64,000 nt of DNA from the NCBI GenBank assembly GCA_043787975.1, contig JAYVUK010000032.1:2577-66576 (forward strand). Direction: 5' to 3'. Below, in pieces: positions 19,965-29,520 of the stretch (positions are counted from its first letter, which is position 1; every line of letters begins with the position of its first letter). The notes beneath the pieces were generated by a model. The model had not been told where the DNA came from. It saw only the letters and a program-made list of their open reading frames with translations, and did not search any database. This DNA comes from Bacteroidota bacterium (lineage in GTDB: Bacteria; Bacteroidota; Bacteroidia; AKYH767-A; 2013-40CM-41-45). Position numbers and translations under genes: made by a program.

Positions 19965-21128
19965 ATGCATATAACTTGGCTCGATAAATATTTCAGAGGT
20001 GACAGAACGATCTGGATGATTGTTTTCTTTCTCTCTCTATTCTCTTTGGTTGCTGTGTACAGTTCTACCGGTACGCTTGCATACAAATACAAGAGCGGAA
20101 ATACAGAGTATTACCTGATGAAACATTTATTCATTCTCGTATTCGGAATCGGGTTGATGTATGCTGCACATTTGGTGAAGTACACGTATTATTCACGCAT
20201 TTCTCAAATCGCTCTATTGCTCACGATACCGTTGCTCGCTTTAACATTGGTGATGGGAACGAACCTGAATGAAGCAAGCCGCTGGCTTACGTTGCCGGGA
20301 ATTAATCTTTCGTTTCAGACTTCCGATCTCGCTAAGCTTGCATTGATCATGTATGTAGCACGTATGTTGTCTAAGAAGCAGGATAATATCAAGGATTTCA
20401 AAACGGCATTTCTCCCGATTATGATTCCTGTACTCGTTGTTTGCGGATTGATTTTGCCGGCAAACTTTTCTACGGCTGCGGTTTTATTTTCAACCTGTTG
20501 TTTCCTCATGTTCATCGGAAGGATCAACATGAAATACATTTTGGTTCTCGGGTTAATTGGTATCGTTTGCGTTTCTGCCTTTGTCGGCATTGCATTGATG
20601 TCAAAGAGCCAGGGAAGAGTCGGCACATGGAAAGCACGGATAGAAAATTTTACAAGCGGTAATGACAAGGGAAATTACCAGACGCAGCAGGCGAAGATTG
20701 CCATTGCGACCGGTGGAATCATTGGAAAATTTCCAGGACACAGTACGCAAAAAAATTTTCTGCCACATCCATATTCTGATTTTATCTACGCTATTATTAT
20801 AGAAGAAGAAGGATTGATCGGAGGCGTATTCATTATTTTTCTTTACATATTATTATTTCTGAGAGTCATACGATGTGTCATTCACAGCCCGATGGCATTC
20901 GGAACCTTGCTTGCTGTCGGATGTACGTTCAGCCTTGTTTTCCAGGCGATGATTAACATGGCTGTCGCCGTAAATTTATTTCCGGTTACCGGTCAGCCGT
21001 TACCAATGCTGAGTATGGGAGGAACATCCATTTGGTTTACAAGTCTTGCGATCGGCATTGTGTTGAGCGTAAGCCGCCAGGTTGAGAAAGAGAAAAAAGA
21101 AGGAGGAGCCGAGCTTGCAACGGCGTAG
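19965..21128 (+). CDS. ftsW: peptidoglycan glycosyltransferase FtsW (SEDS family)
   Basis: FtsW/RodA family membrane protein. Confidence 0.9.
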   Translation: MHITWLDKYFRGDRTIWMIVFFLSLFSLVAVYSSTGTLAYKYKSGNTEYYLMKHLFILVFGIGLMYAAHLVKYTYYSRISQIALLLTIPLLALTLVMGTNLNEASRWLTLPGINLSFQTSDLAKLALIMYVARMLSKKQDNIKDFKTAFLPIMIPVLVVCGLILPANFSTAAVLFSTCCFLMFIGRINMKYILVLGLIGIVCVSAFVGIALMSKSQGRVGTWKARIENFTSGNDKGNYQTQQAKIAIATGGIIGKFPGHSTQKNFLPHPYSDFIYAIIIEEEGLIGGVFIIFLYILLFLRVIRCVIHSPMAFGTLLAVGCTFSLVFQAMINMAVAVNLFPVTGQPLPMLSMGGTSIWFTSLAIGIVLSVSRQVEKEKKEGGAELATA

Positions 21129-22230
21129 CATCAAAGTGATCATCAGCGGTGGTGGTACGGGCGGACATATATTCCCTGCCATTGCCATTGCGAATGCTTT
21201 GAAAGTGATAAACAGTGAAAATGAAATCTTGTTTGTAGGAGCGAACGGAAGAATGGAAATGGAAAAAGTTCCCGCAGCAGGATATAAAATAGTAGGATTG
21301 GATATAAGCGGCATTCAACGCAAGCTTACATTGTCAAATTTATTAATACCGTTCAAAGTCTTTTCAAGTGTGATGAAAGCGAAGAAAATTATTAGGGAGT
21401 TTCAACCGGATGTTGCCATCGGAGTTGGCGGTTATGCCAGCGCGCCACTGTTGTATGCGGCTACATCCATGAAAATTCCTTCGTTGATCCAGGAACAGAA
21501 TTCGTATGCAGGAATCACGAATAAAATTTTGGCAAAGCGTGTTCAGAAAATTTGTGTTGCCTATGAAGGGATGGAACAATATTTTCCGAAAGAAAGAATT
21601 ATCATGACGGGAAACCCTGTAAGGCAGGATATTCAACGGGTAGAAGGGAAGCGGGAAGAAGCGCTGAAGCATTTTGAATTATCCCCCGATAAAAAAGTAA
21701 TGCTCGTGGTAGGAGGAAGTCTCGGTGCAAGAACAATCAACGAAAGCATCGCTGATGGGTTGGGAAAACTGAAAGAGAAAAATATTCAGCTCATCTGGCA
21801 AACCGGGAAAGCATTTTATGAACGGGCAAAATCGCTGACAAAAGATTTTGCACAGGACGGTATCCGGTCATTCGATTTTATTCAGCAAATGGATTTGGCG
21901 TATGCTGCTGCTGATATTGTTGTATCAAGAGCCGGCGCGAGTTCCGTTTCGGAGTTGGCATTGGTGGCGAAGCCATCCATTCTTGTTCCGTCACCGAATG
22001 TTGCAGAAGATCACCAGGCCAAAAATGCGATGGCATTGGTAAATAAAAATGCTGCACTCATAATAAAGGATTCAGAGGCAAAAGAAAAGTTATTCAATGT
22101 TTCAATGGATTTAATTAGCGATGAAGCAAAACAAAGAGTATTGAAGGAGAATATTTCAAAGCTTGCTTTAAAAAATTCCGCAGAGAAGATAGTGGAAGAA
22201 GTTTACGCGATGCTGGCAATTAAAAATTAA
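21082..22230 (+). CDS. murG: UDP-N-acetylglucosamine--N-acetylmuramyl-(pentapeptide) pyrophosphoryl-undecaprenol N-acetylglucosamine transferase
   Basis: IISGGGTGGHIFPA N-terminus. The start is ambiguous: ATG 21082 overlaps ftsW, and GTG 21136 is an alternative. Confidence 0.9.
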   Translation: MRKRKKKEEPSLQRRSIKVIISGGGTGGHIFPAIAIANALKVINSENEILFVGANGRMEMEKVPAAGYKIVGLDISGIQRKLTLSNLLIPFKVFSSVMKAKKIIREFQPDVAIGVGGYASAPLLYAATSMKIPSLIQEQNSYAGITNKILAKRVQKICVAYEGMEQYFPKERIIMTGNPVRQDIQRVEGKREEALKHFELSPDKKVMLVVGGSLGARTINESIADGLGKLKEKNIQLIWQTGKAFYERAKSLTKDFAQDGIRSFDFIQQMDLAYAAADIVVSRAGASSVSELALVAKPSILVPSPNVAEDHQAKNAMALVNKNAALIIKDSEAKEKLFNVSMDLISDEAKQRVLKENISKLALKNSAEKIVEEVYAMLAIKN

Positions 22231-22273
22231 GAGAATAACTGTAAACAATAAACAGAAAACTGTAAACCGACAC

Positions 22274-23674
22274 GTGAGTTTCGAACACATCCATAACGTC
22301 TATTTCATCGGTATCGGAGGCATTGGAATGTCTGCATTGGCGCGGTATTTCAAAGCTGAAGGGAAATTTGTTGCAGGCTATGATAAGACTCCTACTGTCC
22401 TCACCGATGAAATGATTGACGAGGGAATTGAAATTCATTTTGAGGATGATGTTCACAATATCCCGTCTGCTTTACGTCATAAGGATTTAGTGCTTCACAA
22501 GTCATTGATTGTTTTTACCCCTGCTATTCCAAAAGACAATGCTGAGTTAAATTATTTTATGTCGAACAACTTTGCTGTAAAGAAACGTTCAGAAGTATTG
22601 GGAATGATTACGAAGAACAATTTTACCATTGCTGTTGCAGGCACACATGGAAAAACGACCACATCTTCCATGATCGCTCACCTGCTGAAAGCTTCCGGGA
22701 TTGATTGCACGGCATTTCTCGGAGGGATTTCAAAAAATTATAATTCCAACCTGTTGCTTTCTAAAGAGAGTTCAGAGAAAAATATTTTTGTTGTGGAAGC
22801 GGATGAATATGACCGTTCGTTTCTTACACTGCATCCTGATATTGCCGTAATCACATCCATGGATGCAGATCACCTCGATATTTATGGTGATAAAAAGTTT
22901 CTTGAAGAATCCTACCGCCTATTTGCACAGCAGGTAAAGCCCGGAGGAAAGCTGATTTACAAAAAAGGTCTTCCGCTGGAAGATCTCGAATTAAACCGTG
23001 CGGAGTATTCGTTAGCCAATCCGTGCGATTACGCTGCTTCCAATATTGAAATAAAAAATCATCAGTACTATTTTAACTGGAACAACAGCAGCAGTACAAT
23101 TCCCGGTCTCTCTTCTGAAATGCCCGGGATGCACAACGTGGAAAATGCAGTGGCTGCCATTGCTGCAGTTCGGCAGTTGGGAATCAGTGATGAAAAAATC
23201 TCAACAGCGTTTCACTCATACACAGGAGTGAAAAGAAGATTTGATTACCAGGTGAAGACGGATAACATGGTTTTCATTGATGATTATGCACATCACCCGG
23301 AAGAGCTTCGTGCTTGCATTTCATCCGTGCGCGAATTGTATCCCGGAAAAAAGATAACAGGCATCTTTCAACCGCATCTGTATTCACGTACGCGCGACTT
23401 TGCTGACGGATTTGCAAAGAGCCTTTCCCTACTCGACTCATTGATCTTGCTTGATATTTATCCTGCACGCGAATTACCCATGGAAGGAATTACTTCCGAA
23501 ATCATCCTTGAAAAAGTTTCCATCAAAGACAAAGTTATTTGTCGGGATGAGGATGTTCTGAGCCTCTTGAGTAAACGGAAAATTGAAGTGTTGCTTACGT
23601 TGGGAGCCGGTGACATTGATCAGTTAGTTTCCCCGATAAAAAATCAGTTCATAAAAAATAATCAGCATGTTTAA
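22274..23674 (+). CDS. murC: UDP-N-acetylmuramate--L-alanine ligase
   Basis: FIGIGGIGMSALA and GTHGKTTT motifs. GTG start. Confidence 0.92.
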   Translation: MSFEHIHNVYFIGIGGIGMSALARYFKAEGKFVAGYDKTPTVLTDEMIDEGIEIHFEDDVHNIPSALRHKDLVLHKSLIVFTPAIPKDNAELNYFMSNNFAVKKRSEVLGMITKNNFTIAVAGTHGKTTTSSMIAHLLKASGIDCTAFLGGISKNYNSNLLLSKESSEKNIFVVEADEYDRSFLTLHPDIAVITSMDADHLDIYGDKKFLEESYRLFAQQVKPGGKLIYKKGLPLEDLELNRAEYSLANPCDYAASNIEIKNHQYYFNWNNSSSTIPGLSSEMPGMHNVENAVAAIAAVRQLGISDEKISTAFHSYTGVKRRFDYQVKTDNMVFIDDYAHHPEELRACISSVRELYPGKKITGIFQPHLYSRTRDFADGFAKSLSLLDSLILLDIYPARELPMEGITSEIILEKVSIKDKVICRDEDVLSLLSKRKIEVLLTLGAGDIDQLVSPIKNQFIKNNQHV

Positions 23675-24509
23675 AAAACTGAAAGACGTGAATTGGAAAA
23701 GAATCTTCCACATCGCAGGCTGGAGTTTAGTGATTGTGTGCTTCTTTATTACCGTAGGGTTCACAGAGAAAAAGCAGCAGGAACTCCTTTGTGGAAAAGT
23801 AACTATCCAAATAAAAAATTCACTCAACCTTGGTTTTGTCGAAGCGAATGATATCCTTCAGACCATCCATGATAAGTTCGGAATGCTAGAGGGAAAACCG
23901 TTGCATGCTATTAACATTTCTTTGTTGGAAAATATAATCAACAACAACCCTTTCGTTTCACGAGCCGAAGTATTTTCAACCATTGATGGAAAGCTCAATA
24001 TTGAAGTTGTTCCGCGCAATCCGATTGTACGGATCATGAACAACTCGAATGAAAGTTTTTACATTGACGAAGAGGGAGTATTCATGCCGTTGTCGGAAAA
24101 GTATTCAGCATCAGTGCCGGTTGTGAACGGTTTTATTCCTGATAAAGAGTCATTGCATAAGATCAGGATAGTAGAAGATAAAGAAGTGAACGATACATCT
24201 TTTCATCCGCGTACGATTGAAAAAGTTTACATGCTTGCTGATTACATAAGGCGTCATGAGTTCTGGAATGCGCAGGTCGAACAGGTGTTTGTGAATGAAG
24301 AAGGAGATTTGGAACTGATTCCGCGGGTGGGAAATCACACCATTGTTTTGGGAGACCTGGGTGGCGGACAGGGATATGAAAGGGAGATGGATGAAAAATT
24401 TAATAAGCTTTTCCTGTTTTACAAAGAAGGATTGAGTAAGCAGGGTTGGGACAAATACAACACGATCAATTTAAAATATAAAGATCAAATCGTCTGCACA
24501 AAAAAATAG
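23667..24509 (+). CDS. ftsQ: cell division protein FtsQ (POTRA domain)
   Basis: Position in the cluster, one N-terminal transmembrane segment, and POTRA-like domain. Confidence 0.75.
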   Translation: MFKKLKDVNWKRIFHIAGWSLVIVCFFITVGFTEKKQQELLCGKVTIQIKNSLNLGFVEANDILQTIHDKFGMLEGKPLHAINISLLENIINNNPFVSRAEVFSTIDGKLNIEVVPRNPIVRIMNNSNESFYIDEEGVFMPLSEKYSASVPVVNGFIPDKESLHKIRIVEDKEVNDTSFHPRTIEKVYMLADYIRRHEFWNAQVEQVFVNEEGDLELIPRVGNHTIVLGDLGGGQGYEREMDEKFNKLFLFYKEGLSKQGWDKYNTINLKYKDQIVCTKK

Positions 24510-24512
24510 TAA

Positions 24513-25805
24513 ATGGAAAAAAATGAAATCATTGTTGGCCTTGACATCGGAACAACAAAAATCTGTACGATCGTAGGCAAGAAGAACGAGTTCGGCAAAA
24601 TCGAAATACTCGGTCACGGGAAATCTGAATCACTCGGTGTAACACGCGGAGTGGTCAGTAACATTGCGCTGACGATTGATTCCATCAAACGGTCCGTTGA
24701 AGAAGCATCTGTAAAATCAAATGTGCATGTGGTGAAGGTGTATGTTGGAATTGCAGGACAACATATCAAAAGTCTTCAGCACCGTGGCATGCGTACGCGC
24801 AAAACAATGGATGATGAAATCAACCAGTCAGACATTGATGCCATTGTGGAAGATATGTTCAAACTGGCCATGCCTCCGGGAGAAGAAATCATTCACGTAA
24901 TTCCACAGGAATACATTGTGGACAATGAACAAGGCGTTAAAAATCCGATCGGGATGTCAGGCATGCGACTCGAAGCCAATTGTCATATTATTACAGGACA
25001 GGTAACAGCTGCAAAAAATATTTACAAATGTGTGGACCGCGCTGCGCTTGAAACCGCCGGACTTTTTCTTGAACCGCTCGCAAGTTCAGAAGCCGTCTTA
25101 ACCGAAGAAGAAAAAGAAGCAGGTGTTGTGCTGGTGGATATTGGAGGAGGAACTACTGACATCGCTATTTTTCAGGATGGAGTGATTCGTCACACCGCTG
25201 TTATTCCTTTCGGAGGAAATGTTATTACTGAAGATATTAAAGAAGGTTGTACCATTATCAAGAGCCAGGCAGAAACACTGAAAGTAAAATTCGGATCTGC
25301 ATTGGCGAGCGAGAACCAGGAAAATGAAATTGTTTCCATTCCTGGATTACGTGGCCGTGAGCCCAAAGAAATCTCTGTGAGAAATCTTGCCAACATCATC
25401 CAGGCGAGAATGGAAGAAATTGTGGAGCATGTATATTACGAAATAAAGAATTCCGGCTACGAGAAAAAATTAATCGCCGGTATTGTCATTACCGGTGGTG
25501 GTGCGCAACTAAAACACATTGTTCAGTTGGTTGAATTCATCACGGGCATGGATGCGCGCATAGGTTATCCGAACGAACATCTTGCAAAAGGTGCGGATGA
25601 ATTGATGAGCCCCATGTATGCGACCGGCGTTGGTTTGGTCATCAAAGGATTCTTTGAACTGGAAAAAGAAAACAGGGTGAAACCTGTTATTGATAACGAT
25701 AAGCAAAGGAAAACAGTTTTGCAGAGTACAAAAACAAAAGGCGGCTTCTTCAAAATATTTGAAGACTGGCTGAAAGAAGATGGAGAAGACAAAGAGCTAA
25801 AATAA
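24513..25805 (+). CDS. ftsA: cell division protein FtsA
   Basis: Actin-like ATPase with VGLDIGTTKI and DIGGGTTD motifs. Confidence 0.92.
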   Translation: MEKNEIIVGLDIGTTKICTIVGKKNEFGKIEILGHGKSESLGVTRGVVSNIALTIDSIKRSVEEASVKSNVHVVKVYVGIAGQHIKSLQHRGMRTRKTMDDEINQSDIDAIVEDMFKLAMPPGEEIIHVIPQEYIVDNEQGVKNPIGMSGMRLEANCHIITGQVTAAKNIYKCVDRAALETAGLFLEPLASSEAVLTEEEKEAGVVLVDIGGGTTDIAIFQDGVIRHTAVIPFGGNVITEDIKEGCTIIKSQAETLKVKFGSALASENQENEIVSIPGLRGREPKEISVRNLANIIQARMEEIVEHVYYEIKNSGYEKKLIAGIVITGGGAQLKHIVQLVEFITGMDARIGYPNEHLAKGADELMSPMYATGVGLVIKGFFELEKENRVKPVIDNDKQRKTVLQSTKTKGGFFKIFEDWLKEDGEDKELK

Positions 25806-25850
25806 ATTTATTCAACATACACCACTCAACAAACAACATAAAAATACAAC

Positions 25851-27374
25851 ATGGAATTCGAACTTCAGAAAGATCAAACATCAATCATCAAGGTTATCGG
25901 AGTTGGCGGTGGCGGAAGCAATGCCGTCAACCACATGTTTCGCCAGGGAATCAAAGGAGTTGATTTCATTGTGTGCAACACCGATGCTCAAGCCCTTGAA
26001 ATTTCTCCCGTACCGACTAAGATTCAACTCGGAATGAGTTTGACGGAAGGCCGCGGTGCTGGCTCCATTCCCGAGATCGGGAAAAATGCTGCTATCGAAA
26101 ACATTGATGACATCCGGAAACTTTTAGCCGATACCAAGATGGTGTTCATCACAGCCGGAATGGGCGGAGGTACAGGTACAGGTGCAGCGCCGATCATTGC
26201 GCAGACGGCAAAAGAGATGGGTATTCTCACCGTCGGCATCATCACGGTTCCGTTTGTATTCGAAGGAAAGAAAAGAAAACACCAGGCGGATGAAGGTATT
26301 GAGCAATTAAAAAATAATGTAGATACGATTATCATCATCTGCAATGACAAGTTGCGTGAGATGTATGGCAACCTGAAATTGTCGGAAGCATTTTCTCATG
26401 CTGATGATATTCTTACAACAGCAGCAAAAGGAATTGCAGAGATCATCACCGTAACGGGTTACATCAATGTTGATTTTGAAGATGTGAAAACTGCAGTGTC
26501 GGATAGTGGCGTGGCGATCATGGGTTCTGCGGTTGCTGAAGGAGAGAACAGGGCCATCAAAGCGGTGGAACAGGCATTGGCTTCTCCACTCCTGAATGAC
26601 AACAATATTAAAGGTGCACGTTACATATTAATGAATGTTGCTTCCGGAAGTAAAGAAGTGACCATGGATGAAATTGGTTCCATTACAGATTATATCCAGG
26701 ATGAAGCAGGATTGACCGCTGATATTATCTGGGGAAATTGCGTGGATGAAACACTTGGAGAAAAAGTAAGTGTGACCATCATCGCTACCGGATTCAAAAC
26801 ACGTGAAGAACTTGGCAAAGAAGAGAACCGCGTAAAAAAGAATGTGACGGATTTATATGCACCGATGAAAGGCGAAGTAACTTCTGTAAAAAAATCAATA
26901 GACCAGGAGCGTGAAATTCTTGAACCGATGATTCTCAATAAAGAAGAAGAACCGGTTCTGAAACAGGAATCTCCTTCTCAAACAGGGAAAGAAATAATTT
27001 TTGAATTTGAGATGACAGGAAAAAAAGAGAATTTGAATCCGAATCCTGTTGCAGAAGAGAAACCGGTAACAAGGAAGGAAGAAAATCCGTCGGAGATTGA
27101 GGAACACAATTCGGGAGACACTTCAACGGAAGAACAATTGCGTAAATCGCGCGAGCGCATCATGAAGTTGAAAGAGTTGAGTTACCGAATCGGTAACGCG
27201 AATAATTTAGCCGACATGGAAAAAGAACCGGCTTACAAAAGAAGAAATATCAAGTTAGATACTGTCCCGCATTCAAGCGAATCAAATATTTCGCGCTATA
27301 CGTTGACCAATGAAGACGAGAAGAAAACGGAAATACGTCCGAACAATTCGTTTCTTCATGACAATGTAGACTAA
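25851..27374 (+). CDS. ftsZ: cell division GTPase FtsZ (long C-terminal linker)
   Basis: GVGGGGSNAVN and GGGTGTGAAP tubulin signature. Confidence 0.95.
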   Translation: MEFELQKDQTSIIKVIGVGGGGSNAVNHMFRQGIKGVDFIVCNTDAQALEISPVPTKIQLGMSLTEGRGAGSIPEIGKNAAIENIDDIRKLLADTKMVFITAGMGGGTGTGAAPIIAQTAKEMGILTVGIITVPFVFEGKKRKHQADEGIEQLKNNVDTIIIICNDKLREMYGNLKLSEAFSHADDILTTAAKGIAEIITVTGYINVDFEDVKTAVSDSGVAIMGSAVAEGENRAIKAVEQALASPLLNDNNIKGARYILMNVASGSKEVTMDEIGSITDYIQDEAGLTADIIWGNCVDETLGEKVSVTIIATGFKTREELGKEENRVKKNVTDLYAPMKGEVTSVKKSIDQEREILEPMILNKEEEPVLKQESPSQTGKEIIFEFEMTGKKENLNPNPVAEEKPVTRKEENPSEIEEHNSGDTSTEEQLRKSRERIMKLKELSYRIGNANNLADMEKEPAYKRRNIKLDTVPHSSESNISRYTLTNEDEKKTEIRPNNSFLHDNVD

Positions 27375-27419
27375 TTGAAGAACAGTGTTGTTTCATGTTG
27401 AGTGTTGTTTATTAAATTT

Positions 27420-27452
27420 GTCCCCGCTGGAGAGTGGGGACATTTTATTTTG
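27420..27452 (+). terminator. rho-independent terminator after ftsZ (gtcccc-gctggagagt-ggggac + T-rich tail)
   Basis: Seen directly. Confidence 0.65.
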
Positions 27453-27671
27453 AAGTAAGAATGAATATTGAATAATGAAAAATCAGCGCTTATTTAAAAT
27501 TTTGTATTATTAATTACCTGCTCCTACTTTTTAAACACAAAACTTCAGTAACTGCATTTATAGTTTGCAATCAGACCTAGGTCATTTTGTACATTACTGA
27601 TCCAAATAATTGAAAACACTTCTTAATTTTGTGCGTCCATAACTAAGAACTAAAAACTAATAACTAAAATC

Positions 27672-28118
27672 ATGACACTCGAAGAAAAAATCAATGCTGA
27701 TCTTAAAACTGCAATGCTGGCTAAAGATGAAGTAACAGTAAGAAGTTTGCGGGCTGTGAAGTCGGCTATTTTGCTTGCAAAAACTTCCGGCAGCGAAGCC
27801 GTCTCTGCGGAAGATGAAATGAAGATGCTTCAAAAGTTAGTGAAGCAAAGAAAAGAATCCCTTGATATTTATCTTCAGCAGAACCGAGCTGACCTTGCCA
27901 AAACTGAACAGGAAGAAATTGCTGTGATTGAAAAATATCTTCCGAAACAAATGGGTGAGGAGGAAATTAAAGCAGAATTGAAAAAGATAATTGAGCAAGT
28001 CGGAGCAAAAAGTGCGGCTGAAATGGGTAAGGTCATGGGTGCTGCTTCTAAACATTTTGCCGGCAAGGCTGACAATAAAGTTGTTTCTGCGTTGGTAAAG
28101 CAGTTGTTGGGTGGGTGA
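27672..28118 (+). CDS. yqeY: GatB/YqeY domain protein
   Basis: Full-length similarity to the YqeY family. Confidence 0.85.
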   Translation: MTLEEKINADLKTAMLAKDEVTVRSLRAVKSAILLAKTSGSEAVSAEDEMKMLQKLVKQRKESLDIYLQQNRADLAKTEQEEIAVIEKYLPKQMGEEEIKAELKKIIEQVGAKSAAEMGKVMGAASKHFAGKADNKVVSALVKQLLGG

Positions 28119-28124
28119 GAGGAA

Positions 28125-28182
28125 GCGGCAGTAGGCAGTTGCAGTAGCGCAAGAAACAGTAGGCAGTGGCAGTAGTCAGAAG
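28125..28182. repeat. tandem GCAGTAGG-type repeat (cagtaggcagtKgcagtag x2) immediately 3' of yqeY stop
   Basis: Seen directly. The units supply TAG stops in all three frames. A related reverse-complement copy lies at 44934-44978. Confidence 0.55.
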
Positions 28183-28201
28183 TTTTTTTCCTTAAAAATA
28201 T

Positions 28202-28759
28202 TTATCTTTTGTATCCGATCTTCTTTCGTTCTTCCCATTTTACTTGAGCGGCTTTTTCATCCAGCAAATTTTCTAGTGCTTCATAAAGCTGCGCAATATT
28301 TACATCGTGGCTTCCAATTCTCTTTTTTATTTCCAGCAATTGTTTTTTAAGGTCATGACGGCTTAATGCGATTCGCCGTATTTCCACAAAAGCCCTCATG
28401 ATGGAAATGTTCATTTGGACGGCTTTACCGGAATTTAAAACTCCGCTCAACATAGCCACGCCTTGTTCGGTAAAAGCATACGGCAAATATTTGTCAGTGC
28501 GGTTTTGAGGTATTTCCATCATCACAATTTGTGATGATGAACTTTTCTTAATCATTTCAACCTGTTGCCTGATACTTTGAAATTCGAGGGGCTTGAGTTG
28601 AAACATAAAGTCATCAGGGAAGCGTTCGGCGTTGCGCTTGACAGCTTGATTCAAAACCCTTGTTTCGACTTCGTAGAGAATTGCTAAATCAAAATCGAGC
28701 ATGACCCGCTCCCCTCTTAATTCGTATATCCTGCTTTGGATACTTTTAATGATACGCAT
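28202..28759 (-). CDS. ORF6N domain protein (KilA-N-like DNA-binding domain; phage/conjugative-element associated family)
   Basis: The N-terminus (IYELRGERVMLDFDLAILYEVETRVLNQAVKRNAERFPDDFMFQL) matches the ORF6N family. Confidence 0.65.
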   Translation of the reverse strand: MRIIKSIQSRIYELRGERVMLDFDLAILYEVETRVLNQAVKRNAERFPDDFMFQLKPLEFQSIRQQVEMIKKSSSSQIVMMEIPQNRTDKYLPYAFTEQGVAMLSGVLNSGKAVQMNISIMRAFVEIRRIALSRHDLKKQLLEIKKRIGSHDVNIAQLYEALENLLDEKAAQVKWEERKKIGYKR

Positions 28760-29130
28760 GGTTAGAGAAAAATTATAAAATAACCGAAAGACAAATGTAA
28801 TTTTTTATGAGCATATCACAGTTTAGAATTTACAGATGAGCCTTTTATTATTTTTGTTTTCCTTTGATAACGAACCAGTTACTAACTAGCCCTGACCGAA
28901 ATGAATCCCGCTTTTCGCGGGAGAAATGAAGGGCAGGATAGCCGGTCATAAAAGGCTGTTCAGCATCGCTCCAAAACTTAAATTTTTACCCCTCTTGTAA
29001 ACCTGAAATATAATTTTCATCTTTGGCACAAAATTAAATTATTAGTAACCCGCAACTTAAAAATTAAATACTCACAAAGGCAGATGTTAAACGGGTGCTG
29101 TCTGACTTTTGTGAACAAATAAAACACTTA

Positions 29131-29325
29131 ATGAAAACAGGTAAAGTAAAATTCTTTAATGAGGCGAAGGGTTTCGGCTTCATTGTCGCTGACGACACAA
29201 ACGCTGAAGTGTTTGTTCATCACAGTGGATTGGTTGACAAAATCCGTGAGAACGACACGGTAGAGTTTGAAGTTACAGAAGGAAAGAAAGGCTTGAATGC
29301 TGTAAACGTAAAAAGAGTGAAGTAA
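29131..29325 (+). CDS. cold-shock protein (CspA family)
   Basis: MKTGKVKFFNEAKGFGFI and VFVHHS RNP motifs. The start is taken at Met-13 of the ORF-track frame. Confidence 0.9.
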   Translation: MKTGKVKFFNEAKGFGFIVADDTNAEVFVHHSGLVDKIRENDTVEFEVTEGKKGLNAVNVKRVK

Positions 29326-29347
29326 CACAAAACACTACAAAATTTAA

Positions 29348-29380
29348 AACGGGAACTCGAACAGGTTCCCGTTTTTTTTT
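29348..29380 (+). terminator. rho-independent terminator after csp (aacgggaac-tcgaacag-gttcccgtt + T9)
   Basis: Seen directly. Confidence 0.75.
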
Positions 29381-29520
29381 GATGAATCTCGTTTTTCGAA
29401 AGTCGCGCCAAAGGCGGACGAATCGAAAAACTTAGATTCATCAATCCCGATAGCGTAGCGTATCCGGATCTGTTAACACCTTTCTTAATTTATAATTTAT
29501 AATTTAAAATTTAGAATTTC

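Noticed and set aside
21082-21128. 47-bp ftsW/murG overlap as a possible frameshift or fusion
   Set aside because: Both reading frames are intact, and an in-frame GTG at 21136 gives a canonical MurG N-terminus (IISGGGTGGH). An ambiguous start codon is the simpler explanation.
836-27651. Shared 12-mer taactaagaact between the 790-855 terminator and the yqeY promoter region (27640)
   Set aside because: A single short match in an AT-rich context. It is insufficient to call a repeat family.
28760-29130. Possible tRNA, tmRNA, SRP RNA or RNase P RNA in the long yqeY-csp intergenic space
   Set aside because: None of the hallmark conserved motifs (tRNA T-loop GTTCRANYC, SRP AGCAGGG/GGAA domain, RNase P GGGAAAGTCCGGGCTCC, tmRNA CCA-ending tRNA-like end) are present. 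I retained it only as a candidate csp leader structure.
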